IMG/VR virus record: IMGVR_UViG_2600255157_000003 | Length of the DNA: 64,000 nt | Origin: an uncultured virus (IMG/VR IMGVR_UViG_2600255157_000003) | Lineage: Duplodnaviria; Heunggongvirae; Uroviricota; Caudoviricetes | Strand: one strand, 5' to 3' | Shown: positions 1-10,477 of the stretch, in pieces | How positions within the stretch are numbered: the stretch's first letter is position 1 | How the letters are laid out: every line of letters begins with the position of its first letter | Position numbers and translations under genes: made by a program | Notes under the pieces: model-generated | What the model was told of the DNA's origin: nothing | What the model saw: only the letters and a program-made list of their open reading frames with translations | Databases searched by the model: none

Positions 1-1200
1 TTATCTTGACACCTCCCTCTTTGCATTCATCATCTCAATAAAACGGTCAAACAGATAGCCGGAGTCCTGCGGCCCGCAGCACGCTTCCGGGTGGAACTGG
101 ACGGTGAAAATATTTTTTCCGGTGTAATTCAGCCCCTCATTTGTCCCATCATTGACATTGACAAACGCCGGTGTAGCCACGCTAGGGTCCAGCCTGTCCA
201 TATCCACCACATAACCATGATTCTGTGAAGAAATGTACACTCTGCCTGTCGCCAGATCCTTGACTGGGTGGTTGCCCCCTCTGTGCCCGTACTTCATTTT
301 ATAAGTATCTGCCCCTGTTGCAAGCGCCATGAGCTGATGTCCGAGGCAAATCGCAAAAATAGGAATCTCTGTATCGTACAGCTTCTTGATCTCCGCGATG
401 ATCGCAGTGCACTCTTTCGGGTCTCCGGGGCCGTTCGAGAGCATGATGCCGTCAGGATTTGACGCAATAATCTCTTCGGCAGGTGTTGTTGCTGGATACA
501 CCGTCACATCGCACCCCCGTATCTTGAGGGAATAGGCAATATTATCCTTCGTGCCCAGGTCAAGAAGCGCCACCCGTCTGCCTATACCATTTAAAGTTTT
601 GACAAGCGACGGTTTCTTCTCCCGTTCTCCCGCCGCATACGCTGACGGCACAAATTTTGCACTTCCGGAAAGCGCGCCGTTCTCTGACAGTTCCCGCGAA
701 CCTTTTAACGTATACTTTTCTTTACAGGTAACTTTCTCAACAACTTTGCCTGTTGTGTAGGCTTTTAATCTTGGAAGCACCTCATCAAGTTTGTAGTGCG
801 CATCTGTTGTGATCATACCGTTCATCGTGCCTTTTTCACGCAAAAGCTTCGTGAGTGCTCTGGTGTCAATGCCCGCAATACCTGGTACGTTATTCTCTTC
901 TAAAAACTGCTGAATGGAAAAATCTGCTCTGAAATTGCTGAAATTCCTAGATAATTCCCGAACGATGAATCCGTCGGGCCAAGGTTTCTTAGACTCCATG
1001 TCATCTTTGCAGACGCCATAGTTTCCGATCAATGGATATGTCATGCACACTGCCTGCCCTGCGTAGGACGGGTCAGTGAGCACTTCAAGATATCCTGCCA
1101 TAGAGGTATTAAAAACGATTTCGCTGACTACTTCCCTGTCGGCACCGATCTGAATACCCTCAAATACGGTGCCGTCCTCCAAAATTAAAAACGCCTTCAT
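1..1200 (-). CDS. carA: Carbamoyl-phosphate synthase small subunit (host gene)
   Basis: EIVFNTSMAGY, TDPSYAGQ, LSNGPGDP, ICLGHQ (catalytic Cys) and QFHPE motifs. Confidence 0.97.
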   Translation of the reverse strand: MKAFLILEDGTVFEGIQIGADREVVSEIVFNTSMAGYLEVLTDPSYAGQAVCMTYPLIGNYGVCKDDMESKKPWPDGFIVRELSRNFSNFRADFSIQQFLEENNVPGIAGIDTRALTKLLREKGTMNGMITTDAHYKLDEVLPRLKAYTTGKVVEKVTCKEKYTLKGSRELSENGALSGSAKFVPSAYAAGEREKKPSLVKTLNGIGRRVALLDLGTKDNIAYSLKIRGCDVTVYPATTPAEEIIASNPDGIMLSNGPGDPKECTAIIAEIKKLYDTEIPIFAICLGHQLMALATGADTYKMKYGHRGGNHPVKDLATGRVYISSQNHGYVVDMDRLDPSVATPAFVNVNDGTNEGLNYTGKNIFTVQFHPEACCGPQDSGYLFDRFIEMMNAKREVSR

Positions 1201-1288
1201 CTTATCACCTGTGCTTTCTTTGTCATAATCGGTTTATTATATCATAAGAAATTATGGCATTCAAGAAATTTCTTTTCAGAAATTTCTT

Positions 1289-1525
1289 TTACATCATCCC
1301 TTTTAACTGTGCAAACAGGTCAAGGTCACTCTGGGTAATTTTCATATTTGTATTGTACTCTTTGCCTTCAGGACTCACCACCTTGACCTCAATAATCGTG
1401 CCGTCCGCAATCGCTTCCTGCCCTACTGCCTGCATAAACGGCATAAATTTAGGATGATTTTTGGTAAAGGTATCCCACGCCCCCTTAAATTTCATAATTG
1501 CTGTAAAATCCATCATAGTCCCCAT
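1289..1525 (-). CDS. Small hypothetical host protein
   Basis: 78-aa ORF with AAAGGGAG RBS; host-like GC. Confidence 0.7.
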   Translation of the reverse strand: MGTMMDFTAIMKFKGAWDTFTKNHPKFMPFMQAVGQEAIADGTIIEVKVVSPEGKEYNTNMKITQSDLDLFAQLKGMM

Positions 1526-1606
1526 CTCCCTTTGATTTACTAAATACTACATTACAAAAATACAGTAAAAAAGCACCACACTGGGGTGATACTTCTCTCC
1601 TATGTA

Positions 1607-1876
1607 CTATATCAGGTAACTAACACTTTTCTCGTCCAGATTCTGCGTCGTCATGGCAGCCTTTGCTTCCTCCGTCTGAAATCTGTTAATATAGAAGGAA
1701 TATTTCATTCTGCACTCAAAATGCCCTTTCTTCATCTCCCTCACTTTATCAACTTTGATCAGATACGAAACACCCTGATTTAAAAAGGCTTTTTCAATCG
1801 TTTTCTTGACTTTCTCATCATAAGTTTCTGCAAAAGCGACTTCCCGCCCCTGATTTTTCTCTGCCATTTCCGTCAC
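1607..1876 (-). CDS. Hypothetical host protein
   Basis: 89-aa ORF with AAGGA RBS. Confidence 0.65.
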   Translation of the reverse strand: MTEMAEKNQGREVAFAETYDEKVKKTIEKAFLNQGVSYLIKVDKVREMKKGHFECRMKYSFYINRFQTEEAKAAMTTQNLDEKSVSYLI

Positions 1877-2037
1877 ATCCTTTATACTGATATACTACTA
1901 TAGTATAGACCGAAATGGAAAAAAAGTACAGTTGACATATTTACTAATAAATAGAAGCATATTAATTTATTTTTTGTAACAATCTTGTGATTACTTGTAA
2001 AATTTTGTTCATTTTTTAATTTTTTTCAGATTAGGGC

Positions 2038-2067
2038 TTGCATTCTCCCTCACTTTCATGGTATACT
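2038..2067 (+). promoter_or_regulatory. Sigma-A promoter of the tRNA
   Basis: TTGCAT-N18-TATACT with TG extension, 11 nt before the tRNA. Confidence 0.6.
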
Positions 2068-2078
2068 AATTTTGCTTT

Positions 2079-2149
2079 GCAGGATTAGTACATTGGTAGT
2101 ACATCGGCTTCCCAAGCCGAGGAGGCGGGTTCGACTCCCGTATCCTGCT
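2079..2149 (+). tRNA. tRNA-Gly(CCC); probable prophage attachment site
   Basis: Acceptor stem GCAGGAT/ATCCTGC, D stem GTAC/GTAC, anticodon stem TCGGC/GCCGA with TT-CCC-AA loop, T arm GCGGG-TTCGACT-CCCGT; CCA not encoded. Confidence 0.95.
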
Positions 2150-2230
2150 TTTTTTATGCTTGTATTTATAAGGCTTTGCGGACTCGGCATATCAAAAAGT
2201 AATCAAAAAGGTAATCAGACATTTGTTCGA

Positions 2231-3424
2231 TTATTTGGCAACATTCTGAAACTCAGGTATAGAGCTTATGAGCTGTGCCTTTACATCAATACTCTTCCTG
2301 TTCCGATGATAATGTTCCTCTGTGCATAAAATATCTGTATGTCCCATTTGTTCTATAATCAACCTGTTATCTATATGATTGTCAAGTAATATTGATCCAT
2401 AAGTTTTTCTTATTTTATGTGGAGACTTATTATATATTCCAAGTTTTTTACATATCCGCCATAATCGTGCCCTGACAGCTTGTGTTGAAATCCTGCTACC
2501 ATCTTTGACAAATATATATTCGTCAAATGGATTCTGCAACCTAAGTGATTTTGTAAGCCATTCGTAGTCTTTTGGAATAATTGCTGTGCGTACACCAGCC
2601 TGAGATTTGGGAAACTCTTTTATCAAGCGAACATATTCTCCATTTTCATTTTTGAATCTAGTTTCTGTCCTTCGTATTTTAAATGTGTTGCCTTCAAAGT
2701 CATCATGTTTTAACCCAACAACTTCCCCAACTCTGATACCAGTCACAAACATAAGCATGATTCCCAGATTTGTCAGATCGGGATTATTTTTAAGATAATC
2801 GATAATAATTGGCATTTCCTCTTCATTAAATACCTCTTCATAATCTTCTTTAATAACTTTTTTAAATTTAATTTCAGAAATGTCAATATCATTAAATATC
2901 TCTTCAACGTTAAACATAACCAACTTCCTTTTTTTAGCCCTTTTTAGGAATCCTCTGGTAATTGTTTTTAAATTCGAAAATGCTTTTGCAGTAAGATTAT
3001 GATACGCAATCTGTTCTTCCAAAAACTCCACAATTTGATTTTCATCTATTGATTTGATTCGATATTTGCCAAATTCTTCGTAATGTCTGTTAAATACTTG
3101 ACAGTTTCTCAGGTGTGTTGCTTCTGATATCTTCTTTAATTCAAGTCTCCGATTATTCCATTCCTCAAATACGTCAGTAATTGTAGGATCTTCCAGTTCG
3201 TCTTCCCAATATTCAATTATGTCATCTTCCAGATCTTTTTTGATTGTTTTTTTCTTTAATACCCTTCCCTTCTCTTTGTTTGGAAGATAAGTGTACCAAT
3301 TACCATCTTTCCCCTTCCATATTTTGTATGGATGCTTTTTTAAAATTTCTTCTCTTTTTTTCATTTCAATTTGCTCTTGCACAAATGACATATCTATCAT
3401 ATCATTGTCAATAGCAAATTTCAA
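2231..3424 (-). CDS. int: Tyrosine recombinase / phage integrase
   Basis: TGIRVGE (Arg), HKIRKTY (HxxR), MGH...HY catalytic motifs; converges on the tRNA 3' end. Confidence 0.93.
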   Translation of the reverse strand: MKFAIDNDMIDMSFVQEQIEMKKREEILKKHPYKIWKGKDGNWYTYLPNKEKGRVLKKKTIKKDLEDDIIEYWEDELEDPTITDVFEEWNNRRLELKKISEATHLRNCQVFNRHYEEFGKYRIKSIDENQIVEFLEEQIAYHNLTAKAFSNLKTITRGFLKRAKKRKLVMFNVEEIFNDIDISEIKFKKVIKEDYEEVFNEEEMPIIIDYLKNNPDLTNLGIMLMFVTGIRVGEVVGLKHDDFEGNTFKIRRTETRFKNENGEYVRLIKEFPKSQAGVRTAIIPKDYEWLTKSLRLQNPFDEYIFVKDGSRISTQAVRARLWRICKKLGIYNKSPHKIRKTYGSILLDNHIDNRLIIEQMGHTDILCTEEHYHRNRKSIDVKAQLISSIPEFQNVAK

Positions 3425-3490
3425 TAATTTATCTGTTTTTGTTTCTATACTATAACCCCTTCCTGGTTAAAGATTATTACGGGAGGTATT

Positions 3491-3925
3491 TTACCTTCCC
3501 GTACTTCCAAATCCTCCATCTCCCCTATCTGTGTCTGATAACTCATCTACCTCATTAAACTCCATATTCAGATATGGCATTACTACAAGCTGGGCTATTT
3601 TGTCTCCTGGCTGAACAGTTTTTGTACTAACAGAATCATTATGTAATGCAACTTTATATTCTCCACGATATCCCGAGTCGCACACTCCCACACAGTTTGC
3701 TGGACGTAAACCTTCATTAGATGCAAGTCCGCTTCTAGCAAATACTGCTCCAAAATATCCGTCTGGTACTTCAATTGCTATCCCAGTATGTATAAACTCT
3801 GTTGTATGTGGTTCAATTATTACTGGTTCTTGAACATCTGCATATAGATCATATCCTGCGTCTCCCATATGCTGCCTTGTTGGTATTTTTGCTGTATCAG
3901 TTAACCTCTTTATGTTGATTCTCAT
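3491..3925 (-). CDS. dut: Trimeric dUTPase
   Basis: AGYDL, ARSGLA, GVCDSGYRGE, RGDGGFGSTG motifs. Confidence 0.96.
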   Translation of the reverse strand: MRINIKRLTDTAKIPTRQHMGDAGYDLYADVQEPVIIEPHTTEFIHTGIAIEVPDGYFGAVFARSGLASNEGLRPANCVGVCDSGYRGEYKVALHNDSVSTKTVQPGDKIAQLVVMPYLNMEFNEVDELSDTDRGDGGFGSTGR

Positions 3926-4274
3926 TCGTCCTATCCTTTCCTTTTACAATTTTCAACTTTCTAAATTCATTTAATATTGCTTTATTGATTTTATTCATTA
4001 TAGTATCATAATTTCCACACTCTATATTATAGAACGGTGCATAGGGCGTAGCATTATTATCTATTACATCAATCTGTATTTTATTTGTATCTATGTATGC
4101 TATGATTCTGCCATGAAGAACCGTAATTTTTTCATGTCTTAATGCAGGGAAATAATATACATATTTTTCTTCTGTCTCATCATGCTTAAATCCCAAATCT
4201 AATAAATGTCTTGTATTATTGACAGATATTATATAATCATTGTCTTGTATGGATTTAACTCTAGCCATAATCAA
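3897..4274 (-). CDS. Hypothetical phage protein
   Basis: 125-aa ORF with AGGAG RBS, operon-like packing. Confidence 0.6.
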   Translation of the reverse strand: MIMARVKSIQDNDYIISVNNTRHLLDLGFKHDETEEKYVYYFPALRHEKITVLHGRIIAYIDTNKIQIDVIDNNATPYAPFYNIECGNYDTIMNKINKAILNEFRKLKIVKGKDRTNENQHKEVN

Positions 4275-4435
4275 CTACTCCTTCTCAGCATTCTTTTTAA
4301 ACTCTCTATAATCACATGGAATACACTGTCCCCAAAAATATGTTTTATCTTTGACACTGCAATATACCTTTACTCTAGCCTTGTCTTCTTCGTTAATTAT
4401 TGAGTGAATGCATTGTTCACATTCACTCGTTATGA

Positions 4436-5071
4436 TCATATTTGCCATAATACTATCTTACCTTCTTGTAATGATTGTTGAACATCTATCAATCTTTGAT
4501 TCTTACTTCCCCTGTATGGGAGCGTTATATCGCGTTGGGATTCTTTATATTGCCCATCCACAAATACATTGCATTGTGCTATGATAGCTTTTCTTAAAGT
4601 ATCATGCATTTTTAAAAAATTATATTCTTCATCCAATATTTCTTCCCATGTGTATCCACTATAAATCCAGATAGTTTTATGCGGACTTGAAAGACGGATT
4701 TCATAGGCATTTGTATTCAATATATTGTGGTTGTTTTGATTGTTTTCATCTATATATCGCGTAGTATTATATCGTTTATTTACCTCAGTTACTAAATCCA
4801 ACACATCACCCAAATTACCTTCAAAGAGCGGATCACCGCCGCTTAGTGTCAGACCTGAAATATAATCTTTATCCAATTCTCTAAACAACTCTTCTTTTGC
4901 CGATTCATCAAACAGGATACCGCTATTAGCATCCCATGTTTGAGGATTTTGGCATCCTTCGCATTTATGAGAACAGCCTGAGAGCCATAAAACGACTCTC
5001 AAACCTCCTCCGTTATTCATATCTGGATAAGTTATGTTGTGATAATTGATATTTACACCACCTTTCTCCAA
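4436..5071 (-). CDS. nrdG: Anaerobic RNR activating radical-SAM enzyme (start may be ATC at 5050)
   Basis: CSHKCEGC (CxxxCxxC), GLTLSGGDPL, RGSKNQR; downstream of nrdD. Confidence 0.93.
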   Translation of the reverse strand: MEKGGVNINYHNITYPDMNNGGGLRVVLWLSGCSHKCEGCQNPQTWDANSGILFDESAKEELFRELDKDYISGLTLSGGDPLFEGNLGDVLDLVTEVNKRYNTTRYIDENNQNNHNILNTNAYEIRLSSPHKTIWIYSGYTWEEILDEEYNFLKMHDTLRKAIIAQCNVFVDGQYKESQRDITLPYRGSKNQRLIDVQQSLQEGKIVLWQI

Positions 5072-5180
5072 TAAAATCCACCAGATTTACAATTATTTTT
5101 AATCGCTCTACATATACCAGGATATTTTACTCCAACATCTCTTGCTACAATTTTATTTGTATAACAATACACTAAATATT

Positions 5181-7355
5181 TCACATCGACACCCTATCTG
5201 CGATTTCTGCCACTTTACTAGGATTATATCTCGTTTCACCATGAACCCTAGTAAACCCAAGGTAGCCGTTCATCCGATCAATCTTGGTAATCTTACTACT
5301 ACCACACTTAGGGCAAGCATCCATTTCTACTTGCTGATATCCACAATCCTCACAGTAGCACATCGCAAGATTTACACCTTCATAGAAACCTTTCTCCATT
5401 GCCCTAAGAACCAGAGTCTTAATTGCTTCTATGTTATATCCCAAATTGTAACGGCAATACTGGATTTTTCCTCCGTTGAAATATCCCCAAAACCTTTCCT
5501 CTTTATCTTGTTTTTCAATAGGGGACATTTGTTCAGATACATGACAATGGAAACTATTGCTTACATAAGGTTTGTCTGATACATTCTCAATGATTCCATA
5601 TACTTTACGGAACTGTTCTATCTGTAATCCACAAAGGCTTTCTGCTGGTGTACCGTAGATTGCATATAAAATATGATCTTCCTCTTTAATTCTATCTATG
5701 TACTGTTGAATATATTGCATTACCTCTAATGCAAACTCACCATCTTCACGGATAGATTTACCATTATATAATCTTTGTAATTCGTTCAATGCTGTTATTC
5801 CATAACTCATAGTCATTGGAGGAAGAATTGATTTAATCTTATCCTCTGGCTTTAAATTTCCACCATACAAACCGCCTTCACAGAAAGCTACTGGATTTAC
5901 ACTCGCTCTTAGTTCTCCAATGTAATCATAAGTACGCTTGTGTAATTCTCTGATAAGTTCAAGATAATATTCTAAAATTTCATAAAAATCTTTTGATTTC
6001 TGTCTTGCTTTTGCTAGTATCATAGGTAAGTGAAGTGAAACAACACCCAAATTACAACGTCCTTCAAATATTGGCTTATCGTTTTCGTCTACTGGATGCA
6101 TACCACCTTTTTCATACCAAGGAGATAAAAAGGCTCTGCAGCCCATAGGACTCACTACTCTACCATACTTTTTATACATTTCAGGTACATATCCATTCCC
6201 AGTTAATGACAACCAATCTGGATACATCGTCTTACTGCTACAAGCAATTCCTGCATTAAATACATCTGCATTTGGATATTTTTCACTACCATCTCCATGC
6301 AAACTCTTGTCATATAAGAATACAATTTTGGGAAATAACACAGGACGCTTAAAGCCTTTCTTCCCCTGACCTTCTTTATGTACATTGAGCAATGTAATAG
6401 CTGCCATTTTACCAAATTTATCTGTTGCTAATCCAATAGTCATCGTAACAAAAGGATAGTCGCCTCGTGAACTTCCGACCGTATTCAATTTATATTCAAT
6501 CCCTTGCCACCCTTGCTCAAAGTCACGTTTCACCTTTTTTGTAGCATATTCTACTGAAGATTTTGAAACTACATATGTATCATCATCTGCTATATAATCA
6601 TCAACAATATTAAGATATTCTGAAATGTACTTATTATAAGACTTTTCTGCATATGGACTTAAAATTTTATCTACCTCTGGAACAGTAAAACCTCCATACT
6701 GTTGTGCCGCTGTTGAAAGAATAATATCACCCATAACATCAAATGCGGTATCGAGTGAATTTGGCTCGTTATACCACACATTCCCCATCTCAAATCCACC
6801 TTGCATAATCTTCCCAACACGCATTAAATCACAATTAAAAGTATCAAGTCTTGCACTTCTATCATGTATATAGATATATCCGTCTTTCATCGCCTGTTTC
6901 TCGTTCAATGTAAGGAAGAACTTTTTATATAATTCTCCATTCAATTCGTTATAGATAAGACTTCTTTTCGTTGCAACCAAGGCAGAATCAGTGTTCGCAT
7001 TACTCTTATCCCCTATATATCTGATTGCCTGACTTCTCTCATAAACCTTGTCCATCATATGTACAAAATCTTTTTTGTAATTTCTGTATTCCTTGTACAT
7101 CTTTGCCACTACTGGATAAAACTCTTCAAGCACAGATTCTACAATATTATGCATTTCAAAAATTTCAGTGTCTTCTAAATCATTTTCTACCAATTTATCC
7201 CATACAGCATTACAAATTATCTGATAGTCAGAATCAGATAATTCAACCATTGCTCTTCTTGCAGCTTTATTACAAGCATTGATTATCTTTTGCTCATCAT
7301 ACTGTTCTAATGTTCCGTCTTTTTTTATTATCTGCAATAATTGTTTCCTCCTCAT
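5181..7355 (-). CDS. nrdD: Class III anaerobic ribonucleoside-triphosphate reductase
   Basis: N-terminal ATP cone, MGCR, TPAESL, CEDC/CPKC Zn site, RMNGY glycyl-radical loop. Confidence 0.96.
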   Translation of the reverse strand: MRRKQLLQIIKKDGTLEQYDEQKIINACNKAARRAMVELSDSDYQIICNAVWDKLVENDLEDTEIFEMHNIVESVLEEFYPVVAKMYKEYRNYKKDFVHMMDKVYERSQAIRYIGDKSNANTDSALVATKRSLIYNELNGELYKKFFLTLNEKQAMKDGYIYIHDRSARLDTFNCDLMRVGKIMQGGFEMGNVWYNEPNSLDTAFDVMGDIILSTAAQQYGGFTVPEVDKILSPYAEKSYNKYISEYLNIVDDYIADDDTYVVSKSSVEYATKKVKRDFEQGWQGIEYKLNTVGSSRGDYPFVTMTIGLATDKFGKMAAITLLNVHKEGQGKKGFKRPVLFPKIVFLYDKSLHGDGSEKYPNADVFNAGIACSSKTMYPDWLSLTGNGYVPEMYKKYGRVVSPMGCRAFLSPWYEKGGMHPVDENDKPIFEGRCNLGVVSLHLPMILAKARQKSKDFYEILEYYLELIRELHKRTYDYIGELRASVNPVAFCEGGLYGGNLKPEDKIKSILPPMTMSYGITALNELQRLYNGKSIREDGEFALEVMQYIQQYIDRIKEEDHILYAIYGTPAESLCGLQIEQFRKVYGIIENVSDKPYVSNSFHCHVSEQMSPIEKQDKEERFWGYFNGGKIQYCRYNLGYNIEAIKTLVLRAMEKGFYEGVNLAMCYCEDCGYQQVEMDACPKCGSSKITKIDRMNGYLGFTRVHGETRYNPSKVAEIADRVSM

Positions 7356-7589
7356 TTATGTATTTGATAAATACAGCCACTTATAAAACCAATTAATCCT
7401 AAAACGAAATAAAAATGATTGGTTGTTAGTTCACATTGATTCACAAATGGCTGTAAGACTTCAATACAAATTTTATCTACATTAAATTGCACCAATATTC
7501 ATGCTACAATTAGTCCTTCTACTAATCCACTTAACAATAATTTCTCCTTTCCTCACCCAATGAAACAGGCATTTTATTTTCACAATTTC

Positions 7590-8039
7590 TTAATTAGTAT
7601 CGTCAATATTCATATTTTTCAATGCGGCTTCGGCTTCTTCTCTGGTAAGGAAAACTGTTTTTCCAAATTCTTCAGCAATAACGTCTATATCGCTTTCTCG
7701 GTCTGCCAAACACCTTTTATCATTAAAATTTGTTGTAATATGTATGACAATTGTCCCACACCATGTAACTCTAAATCCAGATATCCGACCTTCAATTGGC
7801 ATTTCTTCAAAAGGCGTAAAATCATCGAGATAATAAACTGTATCATTTAATGCATATGGAAGTTCAAGTAATCGCCCTTGTTCTTCTAAATTTTCATATT
7901 CTGCAAGTTTTCTTACAGCATCTCCAGTATGTATGATTCCGTCTTTCACAAACCAAGTTTCCACATCAGATTTCTTTACAAATATACCTTCACCATATAT
8001 TTCAAATGTTAATCTATCCATAATTATTTTCCTCAACAA
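7590..8039 (-). CDS. Hypothetical phage protein
   Basis: KLAEYENLEEQGRL and FGKTVFLTREEAE segments recurrent in Firmicutes phage proteins. Confidence 0.65.
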   Translation of the reverse strand: MLRKIIMDRLTFEIYGEGIFVKKSDVETWFVKDGIIHTGDAVRKLAEYENLEEQGRLLELPYALNDTVYYLDDFTPFEEMPIEGRISGFRVTWCGTIVIHITTNFNDKRCLADRESDIDVIAEEFGKTVFLTREEAEAALKNMNIDDTN

Positions 8040-8358
8040 TCATTATGACTTTTTAATATACTGTTATAGTACTTATTGCTCCTACTAATGCTAAAATAAA
8101 CATGAAAGCCAATATCCTAGCAGGAAATAATTTCTTCAAATTAAACACTCTCCTCTGTAATTTATCTCTTAATATTTCCCTTACCACCATCACGCAAATT
8201 CAAAGTCCAATGTTGAGTATTATCATCAGTATTTGCATAATTAAAAACTCTTTGTATACTTTCTATTACATACTCTTCTTCATTAAGAGTAGCGGTTACA
8301 GCACTATTATTTCTATCTAATAATGCTGTCGCCAACTCATGACTTGTACCAATTTTAT

Positions 8359-8934
8359 TTATTCATGTTCACTTCCTTTCATTAAATAATTCTCTAGTTC
8401 TATCCAATTAAAACACCTTTTGCCATTCCAATCTTCATTCCATTCATACTTGTCACCAAAACAAACTTTCATATTAGCATTACTATTATCTAAATATCGT
8501 TGCTCATCATCAATCAAAATGCCACCAGACATATCAATACATGATTTATCTTTATACTTATCCATATCAATGCCGATAAATTTTGCAAATGGTAAATTAT
8601 CTTTAATCCAAAACTCTTTACCAAAAAGATTAGGTTGGATGCCCATCGAAACAATTACTATTTCATATTTGTCTTTTAATCTGAATAATACTTCTTTTGC
8701 ATTATCCATAAATTCCACTTTTGCAAAAAATCTTGGTTGTGTGAAATATCTCTTTATATGTTTAGTTTTTGCACAGTTGCACTCTTTAAAATCCCATGTG
8801 CTAATATCTGTCCAATGTATGTAGTGATAGTTTGGATAATATCTGTAATCTTCGTTGTACATATCACAAATAGCTTTTATGCTATTGCAAATAGTGTTAT
8901 CATAGTCACAGTAGATCTTTGGTTTTCTTAAAAT
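8359..8934 (-). CDS. HAD-family 5'(3')-deoxyribonucleotidase-like protein; proposed ATT start at 8934
   Basis: Frame stays open upstream of the tracked ATG (8862) and contains the HAD motif I (IYCDYDNT); ILIDD motif IV. Confidence 0.75.
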   Translation of the reverse strand: MLRKPKIYCDYDNTICNSIKAICDMYNEDYRYYPNYHYIHWTDISTWDFKECNCAKTKHIKRYFTQPRFFAKVEFMDNAKEVLFRLKDKYEIVIVSMGIQPNLFGKEFWIKDNLPFAKFIGIDMDKYKDKSCIDMSGGILIDDEQRYLDNSNANMKVCFGDKYEWNEDWNGKRCFNWIELENYLMKGSEHE

Positions 8935-8940
8935 ATGGCA

Positions 8941-9474
8941 TCACTCACTTTCTATCATTACGGCTTCATTAACAAATTGTTTTACCTTTTCTTGTAGATT
9001 CTCAATAGTCCCATTGTTTTCAATTACAAAGTCATAATGATAATCAAACACATTTTTATCCGACACATTAGATGTAATATGTGTTACAGAGTCTCTAACA
9101 ATTAAAATAGATTTTGCTTTGAATTCATTAACCACTCTCTTAATTTCTTTTGGTTCTCTTATGTGCAGGAATAAAACTTGCCCCTCATCGCTTCCCATGA
9201 ATTCTTTAATTTTATTTTTCATGCTTTGGAATGGCATATCACAATAATTGCTCGTCAAGGACTTTAAATCAGATAAAAACTTTCTATCCTTTTCAGACTT
9301 TTTACCGTCCCAGCCGATTTCTCTTGCAATTTCTTTTACTTTATCAACAGATGAGAAATTAACTACTGTATGAAATCTTTTGAGTTTATCATTTACTTCT
9401 ACTAACACTAATTCTACGAAGGTGTCCTTTCCGACACCTCCAGAACCATTAATTACGAAGATTTGTTTATTCAA
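8941..9474 (-). CDS. Deoxynucleotide monophosphate kinase-like P-loop protein
   Basis: NGSGGVGKDTF, GWDGKK..DRKFL, YDFVIENNG. Confidence 0.75.
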   Translation of the reverse strand: MNKQIFVINGSGGVGKDTFVELVLVEVNDKLKRFHTVVNFSSVDKVKEIAREIGWDGKKSEKDRKFLSDLKSLTSNYCDMPFQSMKNKIKEFMGSDEGQVLFLHIREPKEIKRVVNEFKAKSILIVRDSVTHITSNVSDKNVFDYHYDFVIENNGTIENLQEKVKQFVNEAVMIESE

Positions 9475-9479
9475 ATATC

Positions 9480-10121
9480 TTATTCCTCCACTTCAATGTC
9501 ATCAAAAATAATAGGTAGTCTTATCTTTAGTTCATTTAACAAAGGTCTTGTAACCTCCTGCATCTGCGGATGTGCTGCCTTTGCCGTCCTTAGCTTAAAG
9601 AACGCACGCCACTCCCTATAATTTGCAGTAATTGTAATTTCTGTCTTGGTGCTATTTGGTAGAATTGAACGTGCTTCCTGTGGCGTGGCTCCCATACCAA
9701 TAGCACTCAAATATCCCGATTCCGCTAATGACATCGCCTGTTCCCAATTACTATATTCCTTAGTTCCTTCTTCCCAGAAAAACGGTTTAATAAATGTAAT
9801 GCCATTATCAAACTTATCTTTTGAATAGTTACAGTATCTTGTACTTTCCTGAGCAAAAGAAGCAATCCTGTGTCTTACCAACTCATGTGATACACCACGA
9901 TCTACTGTAAATTTTACAGACAGAGAAGAATGCTCTATCATTGCCTCATGTCCTCTTCCAATTAGCATTTTCACAAAATTCTTAGCAGATTCGCCATCTT
10001 CTGTAATCTTATCTTCAGATTTGTAGCATACACGTCCAATCTTCTCAATGTGCTGTAACTCCTTGATTCCGCCCTCGGAAATCTCTGTTAAAATTTCATA
10101 ACTTGGTTCAATAATTTTCAT
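9480..10121 (-). CDS. thyX: Flavin-dependent thymidylate synthase
   Basis: RHRIASFAQESTRY signature, GHEAMIEH, EARSILP. Confidence 0.95.
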   Translation of the reverse strand: MKIIEPSYEILTEISEGGIKELQHIEKIGRVCYKSEDKITEDGESAKNFVKMLIGRGHEAMIEHSSLSVKFTVDRGVSHELVRHRIASFAQESTRYCNYSKDKFDNGITFIKPFFWEEGTKEYSNWEQAMSLAESGYLSAIGMGATPQEARSILPNSTKTEITITANYREWRAFFKLRTAKAAHPQMQEVTRPLLNELKIRLPIIFDDIEVEE

Positions 10122-10157
10122 ACTTGTTTTCTCCTTTTTTTCTTTTAATATATTGTT

Positions 10158-10403
10158 TTAAACTTCAAATTTTCTCATATCTTCAATAAACGATGAAATA
10201 ACACATTTATCATCTGTAACGATTTTTGTTTCTATCTTTTTTCCTTGCGCGATTGCAAAAACACCTACAATAGATTTTGCATCAATGATACTTCTTCCAT
10301 CATACACATTGATATCAAAGTCCTTATATTTTAAACTTGAGCAGACATTAATAAAATCAGCCACCATTTCAGGTGTTGATAACCTAATTTTTAATTTATT
10401 CAC
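10158..10403 (-). CDS. HPr-family protein lacking His15
   Basis: IDAKSIVGV (Ser46 region), 81 aa, no histidine in the protein. Confidence 0.7.
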   Translation of the reverse strand: MNKLKIRLSTPEMVADFINVCSSLKYKDFDINVYDGRSIIDAKSIVGVFAIAQGKKIETKIVTDDKCVISSFIEDMRKFEV

Positions 10404-10477
10404 TTTTACCTCTCATGATTAAAATTTGAATTTTATTTTATTTGATGTGTTTACGAGTTACAATTATTACTTCTACT

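Noticed and set aside
2072..2329. 85-aa + strand ORF
   Set aside because: It overlaps the tRNA and the integrase antisense strand.
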